A DNA stretch of 64,000 bases from an uncultured Acidobacteriota bacterium (GTDB lineage: Bacteria > Acidobacteriota > UBA6911): contig CAWEJX010000020.1 in the NCBI GenBank assembly GCA_963809485.1, positions 544,001-608,000 of the forward strand. Reading direction: 5' to 3'. The notes under the pieces were generated by a model. It saw only the letters and a list, made by a program, of their open reading frames with translations, made no database searches and had not been told where the DNA came from. Positions 21,821 through 32,075 of this stretch are shown piece by piece; position 1 is the first letter of the stretch, and the number at the start of each line of letters is the position of its first letter. A program made the position numbers and the translations under genes.

Positions 21821-22086
21821 TCCGGCAGAGCCGGAGGCTTGATTGTTTGCCGCTCAAAGCGGCTGGATGAACGGCACTGCCTCCAAGCGCTGACAAATGC
21901 TTGCAAGAGCCAATGAGACGCTTCCGATGCCTGAAGAGGAAACGTCTCATTGGCTCTTGCAGGACGGACGTTTCCTTTGTGATCAGCCTTCATAAGAGTT
22001 TTGTCAGTGTGGGTCAGCGTTCAATGACCCTGGAACTGCCAAACTTTGTGAGTACCCCATTAAAGCTCCGGGGGACTCCCGGTTTA
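21821..22086 (+). repeat. Diverged sibling of the palindromic MITE-like element
   Basis: TCCGGC-AGA-GCCGGAGGCTTGA..CCGCTCAAAGCGG start, internal GCAAGAGCCAATGAGACG / CGTCTCATTGGCTCTTGC stem, GGAACTGCCAAACTTTGTGAGTACCCC end. Confidence 0.7.
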
Positions 22087-22351
22087 TGTATTTCCGAAGC
22101 GTTCCCCGCTCCGGTCATGGGCTGCGACCTGCGGGGCTGCGGCCTCGAGTCTTCCGGGCGCGTATTCATGCCTGCCCTCAACCGCCCTGCCGCGGGAATC
22201 TGTTAAGGACCCGGAGCTCAGGATTTGCCTCCGCCGAAGATTTCCCTTGCTCTGCCGATCTCTCCCGATATAGAAATTTGCGGCGGAAGCAATTTTACTC
22301 ATACTGAATCAGTTGAACCATTCGCGCAATTGCCCGAGAAGGAGGAGGGAT

Positions 22352-23650
22352 TTGGATAACGACCGCCCGATAAAAACCCAATTTTACGGTTGGCGATTGC
22401 TGGCTGCATTCTGGGCAATCTCCGTCGTCAACCTGGCGTTTCCTAATTACGGATCCAGCGTCATGAATCCTTACATGGCGGCGGATTTGCAGCTGGACCG
22501 CAGGATGCTGGGGCTTCCATTTTCTGTCTTTGTGCTTATGTCCGGACTCCCGGGGCCTCTCATAGCCCTCTTGATTAACCGGAAAGGAGTCCGGTTGACT
22601 CTGGTGATTGGAGGCTTGCTGGTTCTGGCGGGATCCCTGGCAATGGCCCTGTTTGTGAACTCCGGCATGCAAGCCGTTCTTGCCTTCGGCGTCATTGTCG
22701 GCATTGGCGTGATTGCGGGCAGCACCGTCACGGCCCAGGCCGGGATCGCGCGATGGTTTGTCAAAAGGCGGGCCCTGGCGCTTGCCGTACTGTATTCGGC
22801 GAATAATTTCGGCGGTGTCATCGCTGCGCCGCTTCTGGACCGCATTATTTCCGCGGCAAACGGCAACTGGCGGATGGGATGGTGGCTGCTCGCAGGGCTT
22901 GCCTGCTTTTCAACCGCCATTGCAGCGCTGTTTGTGCGCGAGCGCCCTTCAGACCTGGGGCAACTGCCTGACGGAGGAGCGCAGAAAGATCCGGCGGCGG
23001 CCGGCAAATTGAGGAAGTCGGGCCGGTTCGCGGTGCAGGTGACTTCCGAAGAGTGGAAATACAGGGAAGTCCTTCGGTCGCATACCTTCTGGCTGATGCT
23101 GGCTAGCATGCTCGGCGCAAGTTCCGCAAGCTCCCTCTTTCTCGGACAGGGCGTTGCGCACTTGAAGGATATCGGCCACACTCCGGCGGCTGCGGCTCTG
23201 TCGATTTCCGTGAATATGGTTTTCAGCTTTCTGGCGAAGGTCGCCATTGGAGCGCTGGGAGACAAATACGATCCCCGGTATCTTTGGGCCGCGTCTTCGG
23301 CTTCCGCCGGCATGTCCATGTTCCTGCTGGCCCACGCCGGCGGCGCCTTGGGCGTCTACCCGTTCGCGGCATGCCTCGGATTCGGTTTCGGGGGATCGGT
23401 TGTGTGCATGATGGCGGTCTTGAGCAACTATTACGGTCTGTCGGTCTTTCCCTCGATAGCCGGGTTGGGCGTGGCCATTCAGACGACGGTCAGCGCCATC
23501 GTTCCTTACGCCGCAGGGCACTTATATGACAGCTACGGCTCCTATAACGCAGCGTTTTACATCGTCGGAGTATGGGGCTTCCTGGGAGCCATAACGCTTT
23601 TTCTTGTGCGCCCGCCCCGGATTCACTCGCCGGCGCTAGCAGATCGGTAA
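22352..23650 (+). CDS. MFS transporter (OFA/MCT-like)
   Basis: FYGW start, RWFVKRRALALA, about 12 TM segments; RBS GGAGGAGG before TTG. Confidence 0.88.
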   Translation: MDNDRPIKTQFYGWRLLAAFWAISVVNLAFPNYGSSVMNPYMAADLQLDRRMLGLPFSVFVLMSGLPGPLIALLINRKGVRLTLVIGGLLVLAGSLAMALFVNSGMQAVLAFGVIVGIGVIAGSTVTAQAGIARWFVKRRALALAVLYSANNFGGVIAAPLLDRIISAANGNWRMGWWLLAGLACFSTAIAALFVRERPSDLGQLPDGGAQKDPAAAGKLRKSGRFAVQVTSEEWKYREVLRSHTFWLMLASMLGASSASSLFLGQGVAHLKDIGHTPAAAALSISVNMVFSFLAKVAIGALGDKYDPRYLWAASSASAGMSMFLLAHAGGALGVYPFAACLGFGFGGSVVCMMAVLSNYYGLSVFPSIAGLGVAIQTTVSAIVPYAAGHLYDSYGSYNAAFYIVGVWGFLGAITLFLVRPPRIHSPALADR

Positions 23651-23757
23651 GCATCCTCCGCAGAGCCGGGGGATCTTTCCATTAATTGGAGAAAGTCCTG
23701 ATCTCCGGGACGGTCTTCAATAGCTAGAGGTCTAAACCTACACAGGAGGTAGATAGA

Positions 23758-24813
23758 ATGCCGAACAGATATCGAATGCTTGCTTTTGCGGTATTGCTGA
23801 CCCTTTTGACGTCGGCGGGAGTCACGCTGGCTCCGAAGTTGGCGGGCGGACAAGGTTCGAGTCCCTATGCCAAATATTTCGTCTGGGACTACCTCATGCA
23901 GCCCCTGACTCCGGAAATGGAAGCCAAGAGGAAGGAGGACCGGATCAAACAACAGACAACCGTGGAGGCGACCCGCCTGCTGAATATGAACACGAAGCGG
24001 ATCGAGGGAAGCCCCTATCTCGATTTTGTGTGGCTGTGGAAAGGAAACGCGAAGGGCTACAACGAAAAGCAGCATTACCATGAATTCGACGAATTTATCG
24101 GATTCATCGGCACCAAGGGCGGCCAGCAGGATCCGCAGGACCTGGGGGGAGAGATGGAGGTCTGGCTGGGCAGCGAAAAATACAGCATCACCAAGAGCTG
24201 CCTCATTTATGTGCCGAAGGGGCTCAACCACTGCCCGATCCGGTTTGTCCGGATCGACGCCCCCATACTCTTCTTTTCGGGGGCCGTCGGATCGTCCGCC
24301 ATATATAAGCCGATCATGACCGAATTCAAGACGGACAAGGCGGCCGAAAGAAACTACGCCAAATATATTTCCTATGACGTCAACTTCAGCAAAGTCTCTC
24401 CGGAAACCATGCAGAAAATGGGCGAGGCAAAGAAAAAGAGGGGCTCCACGATTCAGTCCACCCGTCTCCTGGACCTGGACAAGGTGGAAGGCGCGCCCTA
24501 CATAGATTTCGTGTGGCTGTGGAAAGGGACCGAAAAAGGCCCCAATCACCCGGAACACAGCCACGATTGGGCCGAGATATTCGGGTTCGTCGGCGCGCAA
24601 GGCCAGAAGGATTCTTACAGTCTCGGCAGCGAGATAGAACTGTACGTCGGCGGCGAAAAGAATCTCCTTACCAAAAGCTGCCTGATCTATGTGCCGCCGA
24701 ACGTCAAGCATTGCCCGATGCAGTTTAACCGTATAGACAGCCCGGTCCTTGTATTTACGATCGGGATGACCCATAAGTACACCTTGCAGGAATCCGAAAA
24801 GCAGCCGAAATAA
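23758..24813 (+). CDS. Secreted tandem cupin-like protein (paralog 1)
   Basis: Signal peptide; two internal repeats each with HxH..E and YVP...HCP cupin-like motifs. Confidence 0.75.
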   Translation: MPNRYRMLAFAVLLTLLTSAGVTLAPKLAGGQGSSPYAKYFVWDYLMQPLTPEMEAKRKEDRIKQQTTVEATRLLNMNTKRIEGSPYLDFVWLWKGNAKGYNEKQHYHEFDEFIGFIGTKGGQQDPQDLGGEMEVWLGSEKYSITKSCLIYVPKGLNHCPIRFVRIDAPILFFSGAVGSSAIYKPIMTEFKTDKAAERNYAKYISYDVNFSKVSPETMQKMGEAKKKRGSTIQSTRLLDLDKVEGAPYIDFVWLWKGTEKGPNHPEHSHDWAEIFGFVGAQGQKDSYSLGSEIELYVGGEKNLLTKSCLIYVPPNVKHCPMQFNRIDSPVLVFTIGMTHKYTLQESEKQPK

Positions 24814-25400
24814 GGGCCGAGTCGGTACGCAATCTTTTTAGGATAGAAATTTGCTCCCGCCTGGCCTTCGGGGCAGGCCGCTCTTCCTGGAAATCATGGA
24901 GCTCGGAAAAACAGATTGATAGAGGATTGAGGGCGAGGCTTCATGCCTTCGAAACCGCTGTGCCCCGCCCTCGGGAAAAACATCCGGACCTACCTCCGCC
25001 TCATTGGGGCGGCCATTACGTTTGCTGTTCTTTTTGTTCAGCCTGAATCTTTGCGAGCACATCCGCGGAGATATTCATCGGCTTGATATCTGTGAAAATG
25101 TACTTCGATGTCTTCATCGGCGCATTCAGCACCTCTTTGCCGGTTTCCCTGCCCGTGACCGGATGCTTGAAGCGGAAGCGCAGCATTGAACCGGTTCCCT
25201 GTCGCAGATCGGTTTTATCCATCGGAACATCGGGCTGCGATCCTTGCCGCATTTCTGCCTCCGGCGCCCTTCTCCTCCGGTCTGATGGAATTCCTATCGG
25301 CACCCGCTTTATGATTGTTCTCCGGTAACCCGGCAGGTGCCCGTGCATCGATCCCTTCCTTTTTGCTGGACGTTGCCCGCAGGGACTGCCGAACCATGAG

Positions 25401-25434
25401 TTCAAATTATGGGACAATTGTCCCATAATTTGAA
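25401..25434. promoter_or_regulatory. Perfect 34-bp palindrome, candidate operator
   Basis: TTCAAATTATGGGACAA/TTGTCCCATAATTTGAA, 8 nt upstream of a -35 box. Confidence 0.65.
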
Positions 25435-25442
25435 TAATTCTG

Positions 25443-25470
25443 TTGACATTGTAAAGGATATAAATATGAT
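25443..25470 (+). promoter_or_regulatory. sigma70 promoter for TonB-dependent receptor
   Basis: TTGACA-N16-TATGAT. Confidence 0.65.
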
Positions 25471-25666
25471 GCCCACAAGCCCAATTAAGTATTTGCTCAA
25501 CACATCGGGTAAAAAGGATGGATGCCTGCCACAACCAGTCCAGCGCATGCCCAAGCTCGAAAGGACTCCTGCTATTACTGGCGCAATGGTTTTTGGCCCC
25601 TGATACAAGACATGACGGCACGTCCTTCGGAAGCATCCAACAGACATCGTGCGGAGGATAGAAACC

Positions 25667-28600
25667 ATGCATCGAGTTTTCATTGCTGCAAGCTTTTGCC
25701 TTATAGCCTGGGCAGCGTTTGCCCAGTCCGACCGCGGCACCATAACCGGCACCATAACCGATCCGGCCGGTGCCGTCGTTCCAGCCGTTACCATTGAAGC
25801 CAAAAACACGTCCACGGGATCCATTTACCAGGCAGCGACCACAGGGACGGGCAATTACACGCTCGCACAGTTGCCTGTGGGCAGCTACCAGTTATCTGTC
25901 TCGGTCCCCGGATTCAAGAAGTATACAAGGACCGGCATCACCGTTATGGTAGCGCAAATATTGCGAATCGACATCGTTTTGGAAGTCGGCAGCATCAATG
26001 AGACGGTAACGGTTGACGCGGACGCTGCCTTGCTGAGGACCGAAAGCGGGGAGTTGAGCCACAACGTCAGTTCTGAACGCATGGGCGATCTTCCGATGCT
26101 GGGCTTCGAAGCGAACATTCGCAATCCCTATGCCGTAACCCAATTGATACCCGGCGCCGCATATGCGGATAGAAACTATGTGCGGGTCAATGGGGCTCCG
26201 GCAAATACCCAAGCTTTGCGAATCGATGGCCAGGACGCAACCTTCGGACTGCTGCAAAGCCAGACGACGATGGCACAGCCCAGCATGGACGCCATCGAGG
26301 AATTTGCCGTTCAGACCAGCAACTATGCCGCTGAGTACGGTCAGGCCGGGGGCGGGTTTTTCAACGTTACCATGAAATCCGGAACCAACCGTTTTCATGG
26401 AAGCGCTTACGACTATTGGGCTAACGAAGCTTTGAATGCCAGCCAACCTTATGTCAATACCAAGTCACGTCAGCGCAGAAATAACTACGGCTTCACGCTT
26501 GGCGGTCCCGTCTGGATCCCCAAGGTTTATGACGGCCATGACAAAACTTTCTTCTTCTTCAACTTCGAGCAGTATCGGGAGACCAGAATCTACGCCTCGA
26601 ATCCGCAGACAGTCCCCACTTTAGCCTATCGAGCGGGCGATTTCCGCCAAGCGCTAACTGGACGGGTGCTCGGCAAAGATCCTTTAGGAAGGGATATTAT
26701 CGAAGGCACGATCTATGATCCAGCAACAGAACGCATCGTCAATGACCAGCGTGTCCGCGATCCTTTTCCCGATAACACAATTCCTACGGATCGATACGAT
26801 TCAGTTGCGGCCAAGATACAAGCCCTGATTCCAGAGCCCACCAACTCCAATTTAATCAATAATTATCTGGTACCATGGGAAAGTCCTAATATCCGGACAA
26901 TTCCTGCAGTCAAGGTCGATCAAAATGTCGGCAATCGATCCAAACTGTCCTTCTATTGGTCATCCACCAGGATCGATGCGCCCTATAGTGTTGGAAGTTA
27001 CGGCGGCGATGGTCTGCCTTCTCCGGTTACCGAGGCCAAGACAACGTATATCGACTCCTATACCTCGCGAGTGAATTATGACTTCACTATGTCGCCGACC
27101 ACAATCCTTCACCTGGGAGGCGGCGTCCAATATGCTGAGATCGTCGACGACGTGGACGCAGACGATTACGATCAAGCAGCGGAACTTGGCCTCTATGGGT
27201 CTCAAACTTCCATGTTCCCCCGCATGACCAGCCTTTCGGCCGGCCGCGGCGGTATGAAGAACATGGGTGCGATGCCGGGGATTGTTAAGTCAACCATGCT
27301 CAAGCCCACCGGCAACGCCAATTTCACATGGGTTAAGAGTAATCACACCTATAAGTTCGGCGCTGAAATGCGTGTCGAAGGCTATCCGATCCAGATAAGA
27401 ACAACCGCCATGGGCAATTACGTATATTCCGCAGAACAGACCACTCTTCCCTCAACCCAGGGACAGGATTTGAAGGGTGGAACCATCGGATTCCCATACG
27501 CCAGTTTTCTTCTGGGCCGCGTGAGCAGCGGAGACATTGGATACCCCGTAAATATCAGAATGGGAAAAACCGCATGGGCTCTCTATGCCCAGGACAGCTG
27601 GAAGATCAGCCGCAAACTCACTCTCGACTATGGGCTTCGGTGGGATTACCAGGGATATCTGCAGGAACAATACGGCCGCTTCTCCAATTTCTCGCCCGAA
27701 ACACCGAATCCATCTGCTGGAAACCTGCCGGGTGCCGTGATTTTTGAAGGCGAAGGGCCAGGTCTCTGCAACTGTGATTTTGCGGAAGTTTATCCTTACT
27801 CGTTCGGCCCTCGCCTGGGCTTGGCCTATCAGATCAAGCCTCAAACCGTACTAAGGATTGGATGGGGCATCATGTACGGCCAGACATCGCCTGAAAATGC
27901 AGTGTCGTCGTCAGGCGTAGGGTCCAACAACCCGTTCACCTCAACCTCATACGGAGACCCGGCAATGGTATTGAGCGAGGGTCTGCCAACTCCCGCTCCG
28001 TGGCCCAGCCTGGATCCCGGGCTGTATCCGCGGACCGGCACGATAAGCACCCCATCGGTCAATTTTGATCACAATGCCGGACGGCCGGGAAGGATGTTTC
28101 AATGGAGCATCAGCGTCCAGCACGAGATAACCAGAGACCTGGTGGTTGAACTTGCCTACGTAGGCAATCGCGGAGCATGGTGGGAAGCGAATGCGCTCAT
28201 TGATGTCAATGCATTGACAGCCGAACGGACCGCTGAATTCGGGCTCGATATAGACAATGCCGATGATCGTAAACTGCTGACCTCTCAGCTAAATTCGCAG
28301 CTTGCCGCAGATCGTGGATTCAACACCCTCCCCTACCCGACCTATCCGGCGACAGTAACTGTCGCCCAGTCCTTGAGGCCATACCCACAATTCGGCAAGA
28401 TTAATTATTTTTGGGCCCCCCTCGGCAAAACTTGGTACGACGCTTTTCAGATAAAGGCCACCAAGCGCTTCTCGCATGGGCTTGATTTCACCACCACCTT
28501 CTCATGGCAGAAGGAACTGACCATGGGCGCGGAACAATCAACCGGCGGCATGGCGGCGGCTGTCAATGACGTATTCGACCGGAAAACCAACAAGTACATC

Positions 28601-29206
28601 TCGGGATTTTCACGGCCATTTGTGTTTGTGACGGCGCTGAATTATACAGTCCCTCGAATGAATATCTATAAACCCCTATCCTGGGCACTTCGAGACTGGA
28701 CCATCGGTACCGTTCTACAGTATGCGAGTGGGATGCCGATAAAGGCTCCCATTGCACAGAACCAGCTCAGTTCACTGCTCTTCAGAAGCACCTTTGCAGA
28801 GCGCGTCGAAGGAGAATCGCTTTTTACCAAAAATCTGAATTCAGATTACGACCCGAGCTATGATTTCGTGCTGAATCCGAAAGCCTGGGTGGATCCGCCG
28901 GCCGGCCATTTCAGCTATGGGGCTGCCTATTACTCCGATTATCGGTATCAGCGCCGCCCTTCCGAAGCCGTAAGCCTGGGACGGATTTTCAGGCTCAAAG
29001 AAGGGGTCAATCTGAGCATCCGCGCAGATTTCCAGAACATCTTCAATCGGCCCTTCCCGGCCAACCCGACATCAACCAATGCCAAAGCCACGCAGACGGT
29101 CAGTCCAACGACAGGCAAAACCATATCCGGCTTTGGATTTATCAATACGGGAACAGTTGCCGTACCGCCGCGTTCGGGCCTGATAGTCGCTCGAATCTCA
29201 TTTTGA
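25667..29206 (+). CDS. Oar-like TonB-dependent receptor with carboxypeptidase regulatory-like N-domain
   Basis: QSDRGTITGTITDPAGAVV, AEYGQAGGG..KSGTNRFHGS, YAQDSWK, C-terminal ARISF. Confidence 0.92.
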   Translation: MHRVFIAASFCLIAWAAFAQSDRGTITGTITDPAGAVVPAVTIEAKNTSTGSIYQAATTGTGNYTLAQLPVGSYQLSVSVPGFKKYTRTGITVMVAQILRIDIVLEVGSINETVTVDADAALLRTESGELSHNVSSERMGDLPMLGFEANIRNPYAVTQLIPGAAYADRNYVRVNGAPANTQALRIDGQDATFGLLQSQTTMAQPSMDAIEEFAVQTSNYAAEYGQAGGGFFNVTMKSGTNRFHGSAYDYWANEALNASQPYVNTKSRQRRNNYGFTLGGPVWIPKVYDGHDKTFFFFNFEQYRETRIYASNPQTVPTLAYRAGDFRQALTGRVLGKDPLGRDIIEGTIYDPATERIVNDQRVRDPFPDNTIPTDRYDSVAAKIQALIPEPTNSNLINNYLVPWESPNIRTIPAVKVDQNVGNRSKLSFYWSSTRIDAPYSVGSYGGDGLPSPVTEAKTTYIDSYTSRVNYDFTMSPTTILHLGGGVQYAEIVDDVDADDYDQAAELGLYGSQTSMFPRMTSLSAGRGGMKNMGAMPGIVKSTMLKPTGNANFTWVKSNHTYKFGAEMRVEGYPIQIRTTAMGNYVYSAEQTTLPSTQGQDLKGGTIGFPYASFLLGRVSSGDIGYPVNIRMGKTAWALYAQDSWKISRKLTLDYGLRWDYQGYLQEQYGRFSNFSPETPNPSAGNLPGAVIFEGEGPGLCNCDFAEVYPYSFGPRLGLAYQIKPQTVLRIGWGIMYGQTSPENAVSSSGVGSNNPFTSTSYGDPAMVLSEGLPTPAPWPSLDPGLYPRTGTISTPSVNFDHNAGRPGRMFQWSISVQHEITRDLVVELAYVGNRGAWWEANALIDVNALTAERTAEFGLDIDNADDRKLLTSQLNSQLAADRGFNTLPYPTYPATVTVAQSLRPYPQFGKINYFWAPLGKTWYDAFQIKATKRFSHGLDFTTTFSWQKELTMGAEQSTGGMAAAVNDVFDRKTNKYISGFSRPFVFVTALNYTVPRMNIYKPLSWALRDWTIGTVLQYASGMPIKAPIAQNQLSSLLFRSTFAERVEGESLFTKNLNSDYDPSYDFVLNPKAWVDPPAGHFSYGAAYYSDYRYQRRPSEAVSLGRIFRLKEGVNLSIRADFQNIFNRPFPANPTSTNAKATQTVSPTTGKTISGFGFINTGTVAVPPRSGLIVARISF

Positions 29207-29242
29207 AGCTAAGCGCGGATGAATTGAAAAGGCATGGAAGCA

Positions 29243-29273
29243 TGTGCGGGCCGGCACGCTGCCGGCCCGCACA
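29243..29273 (+). terminator. Strong hairpin after receptor gene
   Basis: TGTGCGGGCCGGCA-CGC-TGCCGGCCCGCACA; no U-tract, so possibly a stabiliser. Confidence 0.55.
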
Positions 29274-29494
29274 ACAAATCGATTCGGTTGGAGCAGCCAG
29301 ACAGACCTCTCGCTTCATGAAACAAAATCGGATGGAAAAACCGCAGAGAGTCTATAGGCCCTATTCGAACTGGCTGTTACTGCAGCGAATGACAGCGTGA
29401 AAAGCGCGTACAGGATCAACGCAGCTTTATGATGCGCAAAAGAATCCGTGCCCCGCGCCGAAGAATGAACCCTTTCTGCAGGGAGGAACCTGAC

Positions 29495-30550
29495 ATGCAA
29501 CGAAAATATCGAAAAGCAGCATTTGTGATTTTGGTTTTACTTCTGGCGTCCGCCGGCGTGGCAGTAATTTCAAAGCAGGCAACTGGACAGGCACAGGGTC
29601 CATATGCAAAAAATTTCATATGGGACTACCAGATGCCGAAGCTGACTCCGGAACAGGAAGCGCAAAGGAAGGCGGATCGGCTGAAACAACAGACCACCGT
29701 AGAATCCACGCGCCTGCTGAATATGAATCCATCCAGGATAGAAAACGCTCCTTACATGGATTTCGTTTGGCTCTGGAAGGGAAACGCAAAAGGTTACAAT
29801 GAAAAGCAGCATTACCACGAATTTGACGAATTTATCGGGTTTATCGGCACCAAGGGAGGGCAGAAGGATCCTCACGACCTTGGCGGGGAGATGGAAGTTT
29901 GGCTGGGCGGCGAAAAATACTCGATAACCAAGGACTGCCTAATATATATACCCAAGAGAATGAACCACTGCCCCATTAGATTTGTCCGAATCGACGCCCC
30001 CATTCTTTTCTTTTCAGGAGCTCCTGGGTCTTCAGTTTCGTACAAGCCCATAATGACCGAATTTAGCGAAGCCAAAGCGGCCGAACGAAACTACGCCAAA
30101 TATATCTCCTATGATGTCGACTATAAAAAGATTTCTCCGGAAGCTCAGAAAAGATCAGCCGAGGCAAAGAAAAAGAGAAGCTCTACAATCGAGGCAATCC
30201 GCTTGTTGGATGCAGACAATGTGGAGGGCGCTCCTTATCTTGACTTTGTATGGCTGTGGAAAGGAACCGAGAAAGGTCCCAACCATCCCGAACATCGCCA
30301 TGAATGGGCCGAGATATTTGGTTTTATCGGCACCGGAGGGCAGCAGGACCCCTATAATCTGGGCAGCGAAATTGAGTTGCACGTCGGCGGCGTAAAGAAT
30401 CTTATATCCAGAAGCTGCCTCATATATATTCCGCCAAATGTTGCGCACTGCCCGATGCAATTTAACAGAATAGACAGCCCAGTGCTCACATTTACAGTCG
30501 GGGCGACCCCCAAGTACACGTTGAAAGTTTCTGAAACACAGCCAAAGTAA
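29495..30550 (+). CDS. Secreted tandem cupin-like protein (paralog 2)
   Basis: Long identical blocks with 23758-24813; signal peptide; RBS GGGAGG. Confidence 0.75.
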   Translation: MQRKYRKAAFVILVLLLASAGVAVISKQATGQAQGPYAKNFIWDYQMPKLTPEQEAQRKADRLKQQTTVESTRLLNMNPSRIENAPYMDFVWLWKGNAKGYNEKQHYHEFDEFIGFIGTKGGQKDPHDLGGEMEVWLGGEKYSITKDCLIYIPKRMNHCPIRFVRIDAPILFFSGAPGSSVSYKPIMTEFSEAKAAERNYAKYISYDVDYKKISPEAQKRSAEAKKKRSSTIEAIRLLDADNVEGAPYLDFVWLWKGTEKGPNHPEHRHEWAEIFGFIGTGGQQDPYNLGSEIELHVGGVKNLISRSCLIYIPPNVAHCPMQFNRIDSPVLTFTVGATPKYTLKVSETQPK

Positions 30551-30698
30551 AGCGGCATTGCAGGATTGGGTGCCAACCGTCTGTCTGTCTTGAAAGGCAC
30601 AAGGATATTGCATATCGTTAATTCCGGGCTCCGGTAAAGCTCTCCTCGTATTGCAGGGTGGAGCAATGGAGATTTTGGGTTCGTTCGGGGAGCCTGCA

Positions 30699-30925
30699 AG
30701 TCAGGCACCTCCGGCAAAGCCGGAGGCTTGAAAGATTTGTACCGCTCAAGGCGGTTGGACTAGTTACGCCGATCTTGAACGCTGACTTACGCGGGCAAAA
30801 GCCGACCCTCGCCGAACCAATCGGCGTTTGTCAGCGCTTTTATCAGCGTTTCTCAGCGTTTCAAAATACGGAATTGTCAAACTCTTTGAGTCCCCCGGCA
30901 GAGCCGAGGGTTTACCGATGTAATT
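30699..30925 (+). mobile_element. Palindromic element, internally shortened copy C
   Basis: Both termini intact; central nested palindromes absent between GCCGA repeats. Confidence 0.8.
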
Positions 30926-30996
30926 AACCAGACATGAGCTGATTGGATGCACGATGGGAATTCAGGCTGCTGGATTGTCGGATAGGAGAAAATGCC

Positions 30997-31950
30997 ATGG
31001 AGTTTTTTATCGCGCCGAACAGTCCCGTATCCGTCGTAAAACAGCTTCAGGAACAAATCAAGCTTGCTGTTGCAATGGGAGTGATTAAAAGCGGCGATAC
31101 CCTACCCTCGATCCGCGACGTGGAGAAGCAAACCGGAATCAAGCGCAGTCAAATACATAGAGCCTACGTTAACCTGCGGCAGTCTGGCCTGCTAATTCTG
31201 ACGCACGGGAAGGGGGTGATCGTTTCCACCGCCGCAGTTTCTCCTCATGTGAAGAATGAGAAATGCCGCCAACTAAGCAAGTATGTCTTTTCTCACGCGT
31301 GCCGGTTGGGTGTTTCCCCGACTGCATTTGCCAGATATTTAGCCCAGTACGCCCAGGAAGAAGAGAGTCACACGCCCTTCATCGCCTATGTCGACCTGAA
31401 AAAAGAAATCGCGGTTGAAAGAGCGGCGGAAATCTCCCAGGTCTGGCAGGTTCCCGTAATCGGGTTGACAGCTCCGGAATTGAGGGATGTCCTTGGGAAA
31501 GGCTCCAAGCTGAAAAAAGTTCTGGCGAACCATATCATGCGTGATCAGATCCGGTCACAGCTTCCCAGCAGAAAAATAGATATTATTCCCATTGAGATGC
31601 ATTACACAGAGCATACAATCCGCGAGCTTGCCCAAATCAGGCCCAACTCATCAATATTGCGAATTCTCCCCCCGGAATTCTGGGCTCATGCTTCTTTCAT
31701 TATTGCGCAGCTTCAGAAATGGATTGTAGCCCCAGGGATCCGTATATCTCCCGTCTCGATCTCCACAAGTAACGGATTAAGCCTGGCGAAATTGATCCAT
31801 CGTTCACACTATGATTACATAGTAGTAAATCCCGGCTTAAGTGAAGTTCCACAGAAATTGCCCAAAAGGATGAAGCTGATCATTGTCAATATGCAGCATG
31901 ATCCAGCGTCCCTGGAAGCAGCGAGGATCCGTGCAGGCGTAATTATTTAG
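30997..31950 (+). CDS. GntR family transcriptional regulator with atypical C-terminal domain
   Basis: QLQEQIK..GDTLPSIRDV..RAYVNL..GKGV winged HTH. Confidence 0.88.
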   Translation: MEFFIAPNSPVSVVKQLQEQIKLAVAMGVIKSGDTLPSIRDVEKQTGIKRSQIHRAYVNLRQSGLLILTHGKGVIVSTAAVSPHVKNEKCRQLSKYVFSHACRLGVSPTAFARYLAQYAQEEESHTPFIAYVDLKKEIAVERAAEISQVWQVPVIGLTAPELRDVLGKGSKLKKVLANHIMRDQIRSQLPSRKIDIIPIEMHYTEHTIRELAQIRPNSSILRILPPEFWAHASFIIAQLQKWIVAPGIRISPVSISTSNGLSLAKLIHRSHYDYIVVNPGLSEVPQKLPKRMKLIIVNMQHDPASLEAARIRAGVII

Positions 31951-32075
31951 GCTGCGCAGTCTCACTTGATGCCTGATAATTGAAGCATGCAGGAATAATG
32001 GAGCCGGGTCTATCACGAAAAGCATAAAGTAAAATACAGGCTGACAGGACAAAACATTGCCCAGGAGAAGCAGAT

